NCBI GenBank assembly: GCA_963816145.1
Contig: CAWFJP010000013.1
Span: 64,001 to 128,000, forward strand
DNA from: an uncultured delta proteobacterium
GTDB taxonomy: Bacteria; Desulfobacterota; Binatia; UBA9968
DNA: 64,000 bases
Reading direction: 5' to 3'
The translations under genes were made by a program, and so were the position numbers. Shown piece after piece: positions 48,436-56,898 of the stretch (positions within the stretch are counted from its first letter, which is position 1; each line of letters begins with the position of its first letter). The notes below the pieces were generated by a model. The model saw only the letters and a program-made list of their open reading frames with translations, ran no database searches and was not told the origin of the DNA.

Positions 48436-49557
48436 TCACGCCCTTGGATACAATGCATCGATCATCAAGCGCTTATGATGTCCCGGCGTGCCGAGATACT
48501 GATAGAGCGTGTGGGCGAGCACGCTGTGCGCCATCATCGGGTGGCTGTAGTCCGTGCCCGGTCCGGCCCAAACCATATGCGCATAATTGGTGCCGTGATA
48601 GTAGCCGTCACTGGCGGTGGCTTTGGCCTCATGCGCGCCGGCGCGGGCGTCCACGCCATTCTCGATGCGCCAGATCGCTTCGTAGGTCGCCCAGCGCGCC
48701 ATGTCCAGGCAGATTGAAATATCGACGCAGTGATCCTGCACCCGTTGGAAACGGCCGATCGGTTGGCCGAAGACGACGCGGGTGCGGGTGTATTCACAGG
48801 TGAGGTCGAAAACTTCCTGGGTCGCGCCGACTTGATAGGCCGCCAGAATCGGCAAGGTCTTCGTCAACGCGGCATCGAGGGTTGCCCAGCTCGCGCCGCT
48901 GGTGCCGATCAAGCTGTCGGTCGTGACCGCGACGTTGTCGAAGCCCACTTCGAAAGCCGAAATCAAAAAGCCGATCAACGGTGTCACCGTGACGCCCGGG
49001 CTCTTGGCGTCGACTAATAAGAAGACGACGTCGCCTTCCTCGCTGCGCGCTGCGCACAAGAAGTGGGTCGCAGCGTCGGCGTCGAAGACAAACCGCTTGT
49101 TGCCTTTTAAGAGATAACCGTTGGCCATTTTGACCAGCCGGGATTCCACCGATTCCGGTCCCCAGTAGGCGGCTTTGTCGGTGATCGCCGGCACGACGAT
49201 CGAGGTGCCTTTGCACAGCGGCGGCAGCAACGCCTTGCGCTGCGCATCGGTTCCCGCGTCAAAAATCATCTGGGCGCTTAATATGCCGGACGTAAACAGC
49301 GGACCTGGCACAGGGCCGTGGCCGAGCGCTTCGAATACCACCGCGCAGTCCATTGTCGACAATCCAGCGCCGCCGAATTCCTCCGGCAACATCATGCCCA
49401 GCCAACCGAGCTCGGCGGCTTTCTTGATGATCTCCGGTCTAAAGATCTTCTTGTTTAGAAACCATTGGGTCATTTGATGCGCCGGCACTTCCGCCTTGAC
49501 GAAATCCGCCGCAACCTTTTTCAACATTTCTTGGTCTTCAGTAAGTCCTAAATCCAT
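48436..49557 (-). CDS. Acyl-CoA dehydrogenase, probable beta (non-catalytic) subunit
   Basis: LTEDQEML, ELGWLG..LPEEFGG, G.KRFV, R.VFGQPIGRFQ. Confidence 0.85.
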   Translation of the reverse strand: MDLGLTEDQEMLKKVAADFVKAEVPAHQMTQWFLNKKIFRPEIIKKAAELGWLGMMLPEEFGGAGLSTMDCAVVFEALGHGPVPGPLFTSGILSAQMIFDAGTDAQRKALLPPLCKGTSIVVPAITDKAAYWGPESVESRLVKMANGYLLKGNKRFVFDADAATHFLCAARSEEGDVVFLLVDAKSPGVTVTPLIGFLISAFEVGFDNVAVTTDSLIGTSGASWATLDAALTKTLPILAAYQVGATQEVFDLTCEYTRTRVVFGQPIGRFQRVQDHCVDISICLDMARWATYEAIWRIENGVDARAGAHEAKATASDGYYHGTNYAHMVWAGPGTDYSHPMMAHSVLAHTLYQYLGTPGHHKRLMIDALYPRA

Positions 49558-49572
49558 TTCGATTCTCCTACG

Positions 49573-49656
49573 ATTGGAACCATTGGAACCTTATGGAACC
49601 ACTGGAACGAAAGCAGACGATGTTCCAATCGTTCCAACGGTTCCAGAGGTTCCAAT
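49573..49656. repeat. Inverted tandem 9-mer (ATTGGAACC) hairpin
   Basis: ATTGGAACC ATTGGAACC TTATGGAACC ACTGGAACG / GTTCCAATC GTTCCAACG GTTCCAGAG GTTCCAAT. Confidence 0.85.
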
Positions 49657-49678
49657 TGTTGCCTGTTGCCTCATGCCA

Positions 49679-50893
49679 TTAATCGGTCTCCGGCGCTTTC
49701 TCGGTGGTCGGCCGGCCGAGGCCGAGACGACGGGCGAAGATCAACCGGTCGGTGTCCAGGGTGCCGCCGCCGTGCAGCTGGCCGGGGCCGGTGCGGACGG
49801 CATACTCGAAGTCGATAACTTCGTGCACCGACAGATTTTGCACCAGGGCGTCGGCGCCCATGATCGCCTGCAAGCGCTCGCCGTTGCGCAGGCGCAGCAT
49901 GCGCTGGTAGTAGCGCTGCTGCGGGCCGCCGTAGGGATGGGGCTTCTTGGCGAAGCGGCGCCAGTAAATCAACTGATTGAAGCGCCGCAGGGTGTTCAAC
50001 TCGATGGTCATCTCGGCGATCAGATCGCGCACGCGCGGATCTTCGATGATCGGCTTGCCGTCGACATGGGTGTTGCGGCAGTAGTCGACCACGCGCTCGA
50101 TCAGCGGGTCGGCGGCGATGCGGCCGTCGCCGCCATGTTCGAGCTCCATGTGCGTGCTGGCGACTTTCCAGCCGTTGTTCTCGCCGCCGATCAGATATTT
50201 CGCCGGCACGCGGACGTTATCGAAGAACACCGCGTTCTTGATGCCCATCATCAAGTTCATATGCTGAATCGTGATGCCGGGGAGATTGGCCGGGATATGC
50301 AGCCAGGCGAGGTTCTCGTGCCGCTTGCCCTGCGGGTTGGTGCACACCAGCGTCCAAAGAAAGTCCGGCGGCAAATGATGGCCGACCATGACCTTCTGGC
50401 CGTTGACGACATAATGATCGCCGTCGCGGATCGCTTTGGTCTGACAGTTGGCGATGTCGCTGCCGCCATGCGGTTCGGTGAGCACCTGCCAGACGCAGAT
50501 TTGCGCCCGGGTGATCGCCGGCAGAAATTCCGCCTTCTGTTCTTCGGTGCCCCAGCGGATCAACACCGGCGCGACGATGCGCGCCAAGGTGTAGAACGTG
50601 TGCGAGAGATTGAGGCCGTATTTAAACAGCTCGGTTTCGAGCACCATCTGGTGGTCGACCGTGAGCTCGGCGCCGCCATATTGTTTGGGATAGAGCGGGA
50701 ACAGCCAGCCCTTGGCGCCGAGTTTTTCGGCCAAGCCGCGGCGAAACTTGTACTCGTCGGCATCTTCGCGAGTCGACCAGGAAGCCGACCAGCGCAAGTG
50801 CTCGTTGCCTTTGAATTGCTCGGCGAGCCAAGCGCCGACCTCGTTGCGAAATTCCACGACATGGGGCGGATCTGCACTGACATTAAAATCCAT
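49679..50893 (-). CDS. Acyl-CoA dehydrogenase, probable alpha subunit (FadE26/29-like)
   Basis: FR.EV..WL, GT.EQK..FLP, TEP.GGSD, NGQK, VFFDNVRVP, GGEN.GW, GGT. Confidence 0.88.
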   Translation of the reverse strand: MDFNVSADPPHVVEFRNEVGAWLAEQFKGNEHLRWSASWSTREDADEYKFRRGLAEKLGAKGWLFPLYPKQYGGAELTVDHQMVLETELFKYGLNLSHTFYTLARIVAPVLIRWGTEEQKAEFLPAITRAQICVWQVLTEPHGGSDIANCQTKAIRDGDHYVVNGQKVMVGHHLPPDFLWTLVCTNPQGKRHENLAWLHIPANLPGITIQHMNLMMGIKNAVFFDNVRVPAKYLIGGENNGWKVASTHMELEHGGDGRIAADPLIERVVDYCRNTHVDGKPIIEDPRVRDLIAEMTIELNTLRRFNQLIYWRRFAKKPHPYGGPQQRYYQRMLRLRNGERLQAIMGADALVQNLSVHEVIDFEYAVRTGPGQLHGGGTLDTDRLIFARRLGLGRPTTEKAPETD

Positions 50894-50918
50894 GGTTCAC
50901 TCCTTTTCAGTCGTTCAC

Positions 50919-50976
50919 AGTTTCGGGTTCCAAGTTTCGAGTTGAGGCGGGGAACGCGAAACCCGTAACTCGAACC
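50919..50976. repeat. Inverted tandem heptamer (AGTTTCG) hairpin
   Basis: AGTTTCG GGTTCCA AGTTTCG AGTT / AACGCGA AACCCGT AACTCGA ACC. Confidence 0.75.
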
Positions 50977-50979
50977 AGT

Positions 50980-52161
50980 CTATATCACTCCACTTGCTGT
51001 CAATTCCTTCACAGCATCGCTGTCATAACCCAACTTCGCCAACACTTCCGCAGTATTCTCGCCGAGCAGCGGCGCGGCGCGAAAGAACTTCGGCGGCGTG
51101 CCCGACATGTTGATCGGACTGCCGACCAGATTGCTTACGCCCATCTGCGGATGTTCGATTTGTTTGGGGATGCCCAGGTGCTTGATCTGCGGGTTGTCGA
51201 ACACTTCATGAATCGTGTTGATCGGCGCGTTGGGGATGCTGTGGGCGTCGAGGCGCGCCAGCCAGTAATCGCGCGGCTTCTTGGCGAAGGCCTGGCGCAG
51301 CATCTTGACGATCTCGTCATGGCGATCGCTACGCTGCTTGCGCGTCGCGAAGCGCGGGTCACCGACCCGCTCTTCGAGTTCGCCGGCTTTGAGCAAACCT
51401 TCCCATGCCTGATTGTGGCCGGACAGATGGACCATGAAGGGTTTCTTGTCGCAATCGAGCAGGCTGTAAATTCTTCCCTTGGGGAAATTCTCCCGCGACA
51501 CCGCTTCGCCGCCGTTCAAATAATCCGAAACATGGGACTCGATGAAGGCAATGGCGACCTGCAACAGCGAGACATCGATAAACTGGCCAACACCGGTTTT
51601 GGCCCGTGCCAAGAGCGCCGCCATGATGCCGTGGGCGGCGAAAATCCCTGCGGTGTGGTCGACGAAAGAGATGCCGGCGACCTTGGGGTCGTCGAGTTCG
51701 GTAACCAGGCTCATCATGCCGCTCAACGCTTGGCCGATGGTGTCAAAGCCAGGTTTATCGCGGTAGGGTCCGCTCTGGCCATAGCCGGAGATCGAGCAAT
51801 GGATCAGTTTGGGATTCAACTTCGCCAGCTCGTTGTATTCGAGGCCTAATTGCTGGCGCGTCGGCGGCCGGAAGTTTTCCAGAAAGATATCCGCCGTGGC
51901 GATGAGCTTGCGCAGAATCTCCCGGGCCTTTGTCTCGCGCAGGTTGAGCGTGACGCTTTTCTTGTTTCTATTAAGCGCGCGGAAGCTCGGGCCGTAGCCC
52001 TCGTATTTGGGATTGCGCCCGCGGTGGGTGTCGCCGCCGTTGGGCAATTCGACTTTAATCACTTCGCAGCCCAAGTCGCCGAGCAAGCTGCCGGCGTAGG
52101 GCCCGGCCACATGGCCGCTGACATCGATGCAAGTGAAACCTTCGAGAGCGCCGGAGATCAT
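50980..52161 (-). CDS. Family III CoA-transferase (CaiB/BaiF)
   Basis: AGPY...LGDLG.EVIKVE, NRNKKS, ENFRP, SISGYGQ.GPY, catalytic Asp in FVD. Confidence 0.92.
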   Translation of the reverse strand: MISGALEGFTCIDVSGHVAGPYAGSLLGDLGCEVIKVELPNGGDTHRGRNPKYEGYGPSFRALNRNKKSVTLNLRETKAREILRKLIATADIFLENFRPPTRQQLGLEYNELAKLNPKLIHCSISGYGQSGPYRDKPGFDTIGQALSGMMSLVTELDDPKVAGISFVDHTAGIFAAHGIMAALLARAKTGVGQFIDVSLLQVAIAFIESHVSDYLNGGEAVSRENFPKGRIYSLLDCDKKPFMVHLSGHNQAWEGLLKAGELEERVGDPRFATRKQRSDRHDEIVKMLRQAFAKKPRDYWLARLDAHSIPNAPINTIHEVFDNPQIKHLGIPKQIEHPQMGVSNLVGSPINMSGTPPKFFRAAPLLGENTAEVLAKLGYDSDAVKELTASGVI

Positions 52162-52199
52162 TTATTATTCGCCAATTCCTAATCTAGAAGTTCTTTCCC

Positions 52200-52295
52200 T
52201 CGTCATGCCCGCGAACGCGGGAGTCCAGGCTCTGTTTTCGGCGTGGCAACGGCGAGCTGCGAGCGTAGAGAAACCTGACCGACCGGAAATGACGA
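52200..52295. repeat. REP-like palindromic element
   Basis: TCGTCAT-GCCCGCGAACGCGGGAGTCCAG ... ATGACGA; internal CCCGCG-AA-CGCGGG hairpin. Confidence 0.6.
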
Positions 52296-52519
52296 ACGGA
52301 TACCCTTTCACTTATCGCAATCAAAAACGGTTTTCCACCAGGCGGCGCGGGCGAGGTTGAAAACCTTCAAGCCGTTCAAGTCAGCCCAAACGCGACGGAT
52401 CGGTTTCGAAGGAGTACGGGTTGAGAACTTGGCTTGACTGATCGCCGTGAGCAGAGTTATAGCTGCCAAGTTCGTCGCGCGCGCGACGACAATATTATAA
52501 ACTTCGGAGGAATAGACCG

Positions 52520-52927
52520 ATGAACTGGCAAGAAGCACTCCCGCTGTTACAGAATAATCACACTGGTGTCGCGGCTACGGTCACGGCTAAGGGCCGTGCG
52601 CAGGCAACTATCGTATCGACGGCTGTGTTGGACGACAAAGTCGGCGTCGCGGCGCGGCCGCGCACCGTGAAAGAGAGAAACATTGCACGGACGGGCCGAG
52701 CGGCTATCACGGTCATCAAGCTCGACAACCGGCGCTATGTCACCGTCGAAGGCCCGGCGTCCATCGAGCCCTGGCAGGACACGCCGGCGCATATCAAGCG
52801 CTTGAAGGACTTTTACGTTTCGATGGGACGAGCCAAGGGGACTGATGAGGAATTTGCCAAACAGATGCGCGAGGAACAGCGCACCCTGATTCTTGTTACC
52901 CCCGAGCACCTCTATGGCAGCGTTTAA
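52520..52927 (+). CDS. PPOX-class (putative F420-dependent) split-barrel protein
   Basis: ATV...GR.Q, K.RNI.R, YVTVEG, M..EQR; RBS GGAGG. Confidence 0.8.
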   Translation: MNWQEALPLLQNNHTGVAATVTAKGRAQATIVSTAVLDDKVGVAARPRTVKERNIARTGRAAITVIKLDNRRYVTVEGPASIEPWQDTPAHIKRLKDFYVSMGRAKGTDEEFAKQMREEQRTLILVTPEHLYGSV

Positions 52928-52997
52928 GCAAGAGCCCTAACGCATTTCCGTTTCGTCCGCCGAAGGGTTTGGGTGATTGGGTATTTGACTCAAACCG

Positions 52998-53080
52998 CCG
53001 CGCCAGCAACGCTGCTGATCGCAGAGGATGTCATCGCAGGAGGCAATTCTTTAGCGAAGATCACGGCGGTTGCAGCGCGG
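52998..53080 (+). other. Long imperfect RNA hairpin upstream of the AhpD-like gene
   Basis: Nested pairings CCGCGC/GCGCGG, GCAAC/GTTGC, GCTG/CGGC, TGATC/GATCA and AGAGGAT/ATTCTTT, with several G-U pairs that form only on the + strand. Confidence 0.45.
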
Positions 53081-53115
53081 TACTTGCAGCATCGGTGGAA
53101 ACAAAGGGACAGCTT

Positions 53116-53706
53116 ATGGCCAGGATCAAAGGTGTAACCGAATCTAATGCCAATGATGACGTGCGGCAGATTATCGCCGAGCAGAAGAAACGTCATGGTT
53201 TTGTCTCAAACGCGGCGCAGGTGTCCGCCATAAGGCCGACCATTCAGCAGGGAGTTCAGGCGCTTGCCAAGGGAATTCAGGATTCAGGACTGATCGCGCA
53301 GGAACTGCGCAATTTGGTCTGCGTCAGGACCGCGCATATCAATGGTTGTCCGTATTGAATTGACAGTAATGCATCCGGGGCGATGCAAAACGGCGCAGCC
53401 GCGGAAAAGGTCGAAGCGGCTTTGGGCGATTACAAGAGGAATCCGTTGTTTTCCTTGCGCGAGCGGCTGGCGCTGGAGTTGGCGGAACGGATGACCTACA
53501 CCAGCAAGCGGGTCTCGGATAGGTTCTTCAAGCGGCTCAAAAAACATTTTAGCGACGAGGAGCTGGTCGAATTAGCCGCGGTGATCGCACTGGAGAACTT
53601 TCGCAGCAAGTTCAACCCGGTTTTTGCCATCGAGGCGAATCATTTTTGCTCTTTGCCGGGAATCATAGAAGCTGCTGCCGCCGCCACGCGGCGCTTCCAT
53701 GAGTAA
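53116..53706 (+). CDS. AhpD/carboxymuconolactone decarboxylase-like protein with CxxU; probable selenoprotein
   Basis: ...HINGCPY-TGA(53356-53358)-IDSNASGAMQNG... continues in frame into ORF 53383-53706 (FS.RERLALELAE.MT, HFSDEELVEL, NF.SKFN). Confidence 0.82.
53370..53387 (+). promoter_or_regulatory. Candidate bacterial SECIS element
   Basis: TGCATC-CGGGGC-GATGCA stem-loop starting 11 nt after the in-frame TGA. Confidence 0.65.
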
Positions 53707-53780
53707 CCCGACGTGCCCGGGCGGTAGGCGGCTGGCCAAGACTGAATGGCCAAGCCGACCTGCCGTCCGCGCCACCTGCG

Positions 53781-54899
53781 TTAGTCCCTCAATAGGAACT
53801 CACCGGAAAATTTCACTTGCTCGTTCTCCGGCAACGGGTGATAGCGTGCCGCCTGAATGTCGCGGAACAGCCGCTCGAGGCCGAAGCTACGATAAAAACC
53901 GGCACCGCCGGCGATTTCCATCGCTTTGGTGACGACAGCGATGGCGGCGTTGGCGACATTGGTTTTCCGGGTCAGAATATCCTGACCGTTTTGATCCACG
54001 GCTTCGAATTCGTAATTCTCCGCGATGCGCAGCATGTCGTTCAACTGAACCTGGGCGGCGACCAAATCGTTGTGCAAAGTGCCGATCAAACCCGCCATTT
54101 GCGGCTTGGCGCTTTTTTGCCGTCGAATATGGCCGATCGCCAATTGCGCCGCTTTCTCGGCAATGCCCACATAGACCGACATGATCAGCGGCATCGCCAC
54201 GGTCAGGACGACATTCCAAACCGGATGATAGGTGCCGCGCGGCCGCTTGAGCGCGATGGCTGCGTCGGGCACGAAGACATTTTCCAGTTTAACGGTATGG
54301 GAGCCCGTGCCTCTCATGCCGAGGGCGCGCCAGTTGTTCAGTACCGTGACACCTTTGGCGTTCATCGGCACCGGGAAATGCAGCACCTCCCAGCCCCGTT
54401 CAGGGTCCATGTATGGCGCGCTGGTGATCAGCATGTCGCCTACCGCGGACTGACTGGCAAAATGTTTCTGCGCGCTGACCAGATAACCGCCGTCGGTTTT
54501 GCTCACCGTGCCGTTGGACTCGAGCCAATCGCCGGCGCCGGTGCTGACCAGCACGAGCTGTTTGTCGGCGACGTTCTTGAGCAGCGGCTCGCCGCCCTGG
54601 CCGCGCCGCCACTTCCAAATTGTCGCGGCGATCAGGTGCTGATGCATCGACAGCGCCAGTGCCGTCGAGCCGCAGTATTGGGCGAGGGTGCGCAGCATGT
54701 CGGCGATCTGGCGATGGGAAGCGCCGCCGCCGCCCAGTTCAGCCGGGATCGCCGCGCCGAACACGCGTGCTGCTTTGAGCGCGCCGTAGTTGTCGCTGAC
54801 AAAGCTGTCGCTCTCATCGCTCAGTTCTGCCCGGCCGGCGAATTCCTTGCCGAGACTATGGGCCACCTCGGTCCATTGAATTGGGTTTAACTGATTCAT
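53781..54899 (-). CDS. Acyl-CoA dehydrogenase / flavin monooxygenase family protein
   Basis: P.ELGGGG, STALALSMH, K.FAS, W..LGMRGTGSH, LERLFRD. Confidence 0.88.
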   Translation of the reverse strand: MNQLNPIQWTEVAHSLGKEFAGRAELSDESDSFVSDNYGALKAARVFGAAIPAELGGGGASHRQIADMLRTLAQYCGSTALALSMHQHLIAATIWKWRRGQGGEPLLKNVADKQLVLVSTGAGDWLESNGTVSKTDGGYLVSAQKHFASQSAVGDMLITSAPYMDPERGWEVLHFPVPMNAKGVTVLNNWRALGMRGTGSHTVKLENVFVPDAAIALKRPRGTYHPVWNVVLTVAMPLIMSVYVGIAEKAAQLAIGHIRRQKSAKPQMAGLIGTLHNDLVAAQVQLNDMLRIAENYEFEAVDQNGQDILTRKTNVANAAIAVVTKAMEIAGGAGFYRSFGLERLFRDIQAARYHPLPENEQVKFSGEFLLRD

Positions 54900-55000
54900 A
54901 ATCGACCTCCTCAAAAATTATTCTGCCGCTGAATATAATCTCCGGCGCCGATCGGTGCTTTGTTGAAAAGGCCGGAAGTTTGACTGAGCGGCTCTTTGAA

Positions 55001-55888
55001 TTATAAAGCGACCCGGCCGGGGCTTTCCTTGCGGTAATGCGCCGGGGGCACGCCGAATTTGTCCTTGAATGCCCGGCTGAAGTGGGAGAGGTCTTCGAAG
55101 CCGCAGTCTAGAGCGACTTGGGACACATTAAGCGCGGGATTTTTCAGCAGCACAGCGGAGTAGTCCAGCCGTTTGTGCAATAGCCACCTGCCGGGCGATT
55201 GCTTGTAGTACTTCTGAAAGTCGCGTTTGAAGGTCGACAGACTGCGATGGGTTAACTTCGCGAAATCTTCGAGACCGAGGTTGTAACAAAAATTTGCCTC
55301 CATGATTTGCGACAGTGGCGGCGCAGCGCTTTTCAGCAGCGATTGAAAATAGGCCGCGAGCTCGGGATTGTTGCGCCCCAGCAATATGCTGACGATCAAT
55401 TCTTTGAGTTTGAGCGTCAGCAAGCTGTCCGCCGGCTTGGCCGTTCCGGTGAAATAGGCCAGCATCGATTGAAAATAAGCGGCCAAGGTCATGTCGCCGT
55501 TGACCAGAATCGCGCCTTGATGGAGCGGGTCGCCGTCGTGCTGGCTGCTCAGCTGGCCGGAAACTTCCTTGACCACTTCGCGGGTAAAATCATCGGAAAC
55601 GAAGAACACCAAAAGACAAAAATCTTCCCTGAAATCCTGGTGCACGATGGCGGCGCCCTTCTTGAAAAATAGCGTCTGGCCTTTTTCCAAGGTCCACGAT
55701 CCTTCGGTCGTGCGCCAGGTTTTTTTGCCGCTGACCACATGAACGAAATAATCGATCGGTGTCCATGCGCCGGCGACATCTTGCTCGATGGGGCATTTGT
55801 ACTCGACGAAAAGCAGCTCCCCAACCGAGAATTTATTGAAATGCAGATTGTCGCGAATGGTCTCGTACATATTCATCATGGGGATCAT
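55001..55888 (-). CDS. AraC-family transcriptional regulator
   Basis: RSLSTFKRDF, W....RL, VA.DCGFEDLSHFSRAFK.KFGV.P. Confidence 0.93.
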   Translation of the reverse strand: MIPMMNMYETIRDNLHFNKFSVGELLFVEYKCPIEQDVAGAWTPIDYFVHVVSGKKTWRTTEGSWTLEKGQTLFFKKGAAIVHQDFREDFCLLVFFVSDDFTREVVKEVSGQLSSQHDGDPLHQGAILVNGDMTLAAYFQSMLAYFTGTAKPADSLLTLKLKELIVSILLGRNNPELAAYFQSLLKSAAPPLSQIMEANFCYNLGLEDFAKLTHRSLSTFKRDFQKYYKQSPGRWLLHKRLDYSAVLLKNPALNVSQVALDCGFEDLSHFSRAFKDKFGVPPAHYRKESPGRVAL

Positions 55889-56136
55889 CGGCGCTAGCCT
55901 CCTGCGGATATTTACGCGTTACCTGGGAAACTCACCACTCAATTATTTTGCTCTTTTGCCGGGGGCTTTCAAGTATCGGAGATATCGATGAGCGGGCACA
56001 AGCCGATCAGGTTGACAGGATCGCGGGTTAGCGCTTACTGTCGGCAAAAGTGACGACGGTGCGGCGCAGGTTTCGCATTCGACGGTGCGCGCCCGCGCGG
56101 CGCTAAATTCAACTCGACCAAACCGGAGGTATTCCC

Positions 56137-56766
56137 ATGATGACGCTTTTTTTCAGTCCTGGTGCTTGCTCTTTGGCTTCGCATATCGGTCTCGAAGAAA
56201 CCGGCGCGCCCTATGAGCTCAAACCGATCTTGCTGACCAAGGGGCAGCAGCGCACCGCGGATTATCTGAAGATCAACCCGCGCGGTAAAGTGCCGGCGCT
56301 CAGCGTCGACGGCAAGATCCTGGTCGAGAACACCGGCATACTCACATACCTGGCGCGGAGGTTCCCGGACAAAAAGCTGCTGCCGGCCGATCCTGCCGAG
56401 GAAGGGCGCTGTGTCGGTACCATGTGCTGGTTCTCCAGTGTCGTCCATCCGTCGTACCAGCGCTTCCATCGCCCCGAGCGTTTCGCCGACAGCGAAGTGG
56501 CGCACGCCGCGGTCAAGGAAAACGGCAAGAAGTCGTTTTGGGCCAATCTCCAGGAGATCGACTCGATGATCCAGGCGAACGGCTGGGTCATGGGCAAAGA
56601 TTTCACGGTCGTCGACGGCTACGCGCTGGTCTTCTACGGCTGGGCGAGCCGCAGCGGCATGCCGGTGACAGAGCTCAAATCGTACACGGCCTGGCGCGAG
56701 CGCATGATGCAACGACCGACAGTCAAGAAGAGTGTCGAGAGTGAGGAAAGCGTTTCGACGTCATAG
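56137..56766 (+). CDS. Glutathione S-transferase (beta-class-like)
   Basis: SPGACSLASHI.LEE, YLKINPRGKVPAL, G..FT.VD. Confidence 0.92.
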   Translation: MMTLFFSPGACSLASHIGLEETGAPYELKPILLTKGQQRTADYLKINPRGKVPALSVDGKILVENTGILTYLARRFPDKKLLPADPAEEGRCVGTMCWFSSVVHPSYQRFHRPERFADSEVAHAAVKENGKKSFWANLQEIDSMIQANGWVMGKDFTVVDGYALVFYGWASRSGMPVTELKSYTAWRERMMQRPTVKKSVESEESVSTS

Positions 56767-56898
56767 TTGGGTAGCGTTTTCTCCACCTCGACGTCCGTTA
56801 AGAAATTGGCCGGGATTGCCAGATCGTCGAATTGCTTGAGTCTGACGCAGTTTGCCGGCGCAGGTTCGACGGCGATAGGCCCAAACGGAGGAAGCAAA

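Noticed and set aside
49496-50968. 490-aa plus-strand ORF (and similar long antisense ORFs such as 53817-54890 and 26562-27443)
   Set aside because: Antisense shadows of well-supported genes, expected from GC-rich codon bias
17064-50976. Short tandem repeats as CRISPR arrays
   Set aside because: Units are 7-9 nt with no unique 25-45 nt spacers, and there are no cas genes
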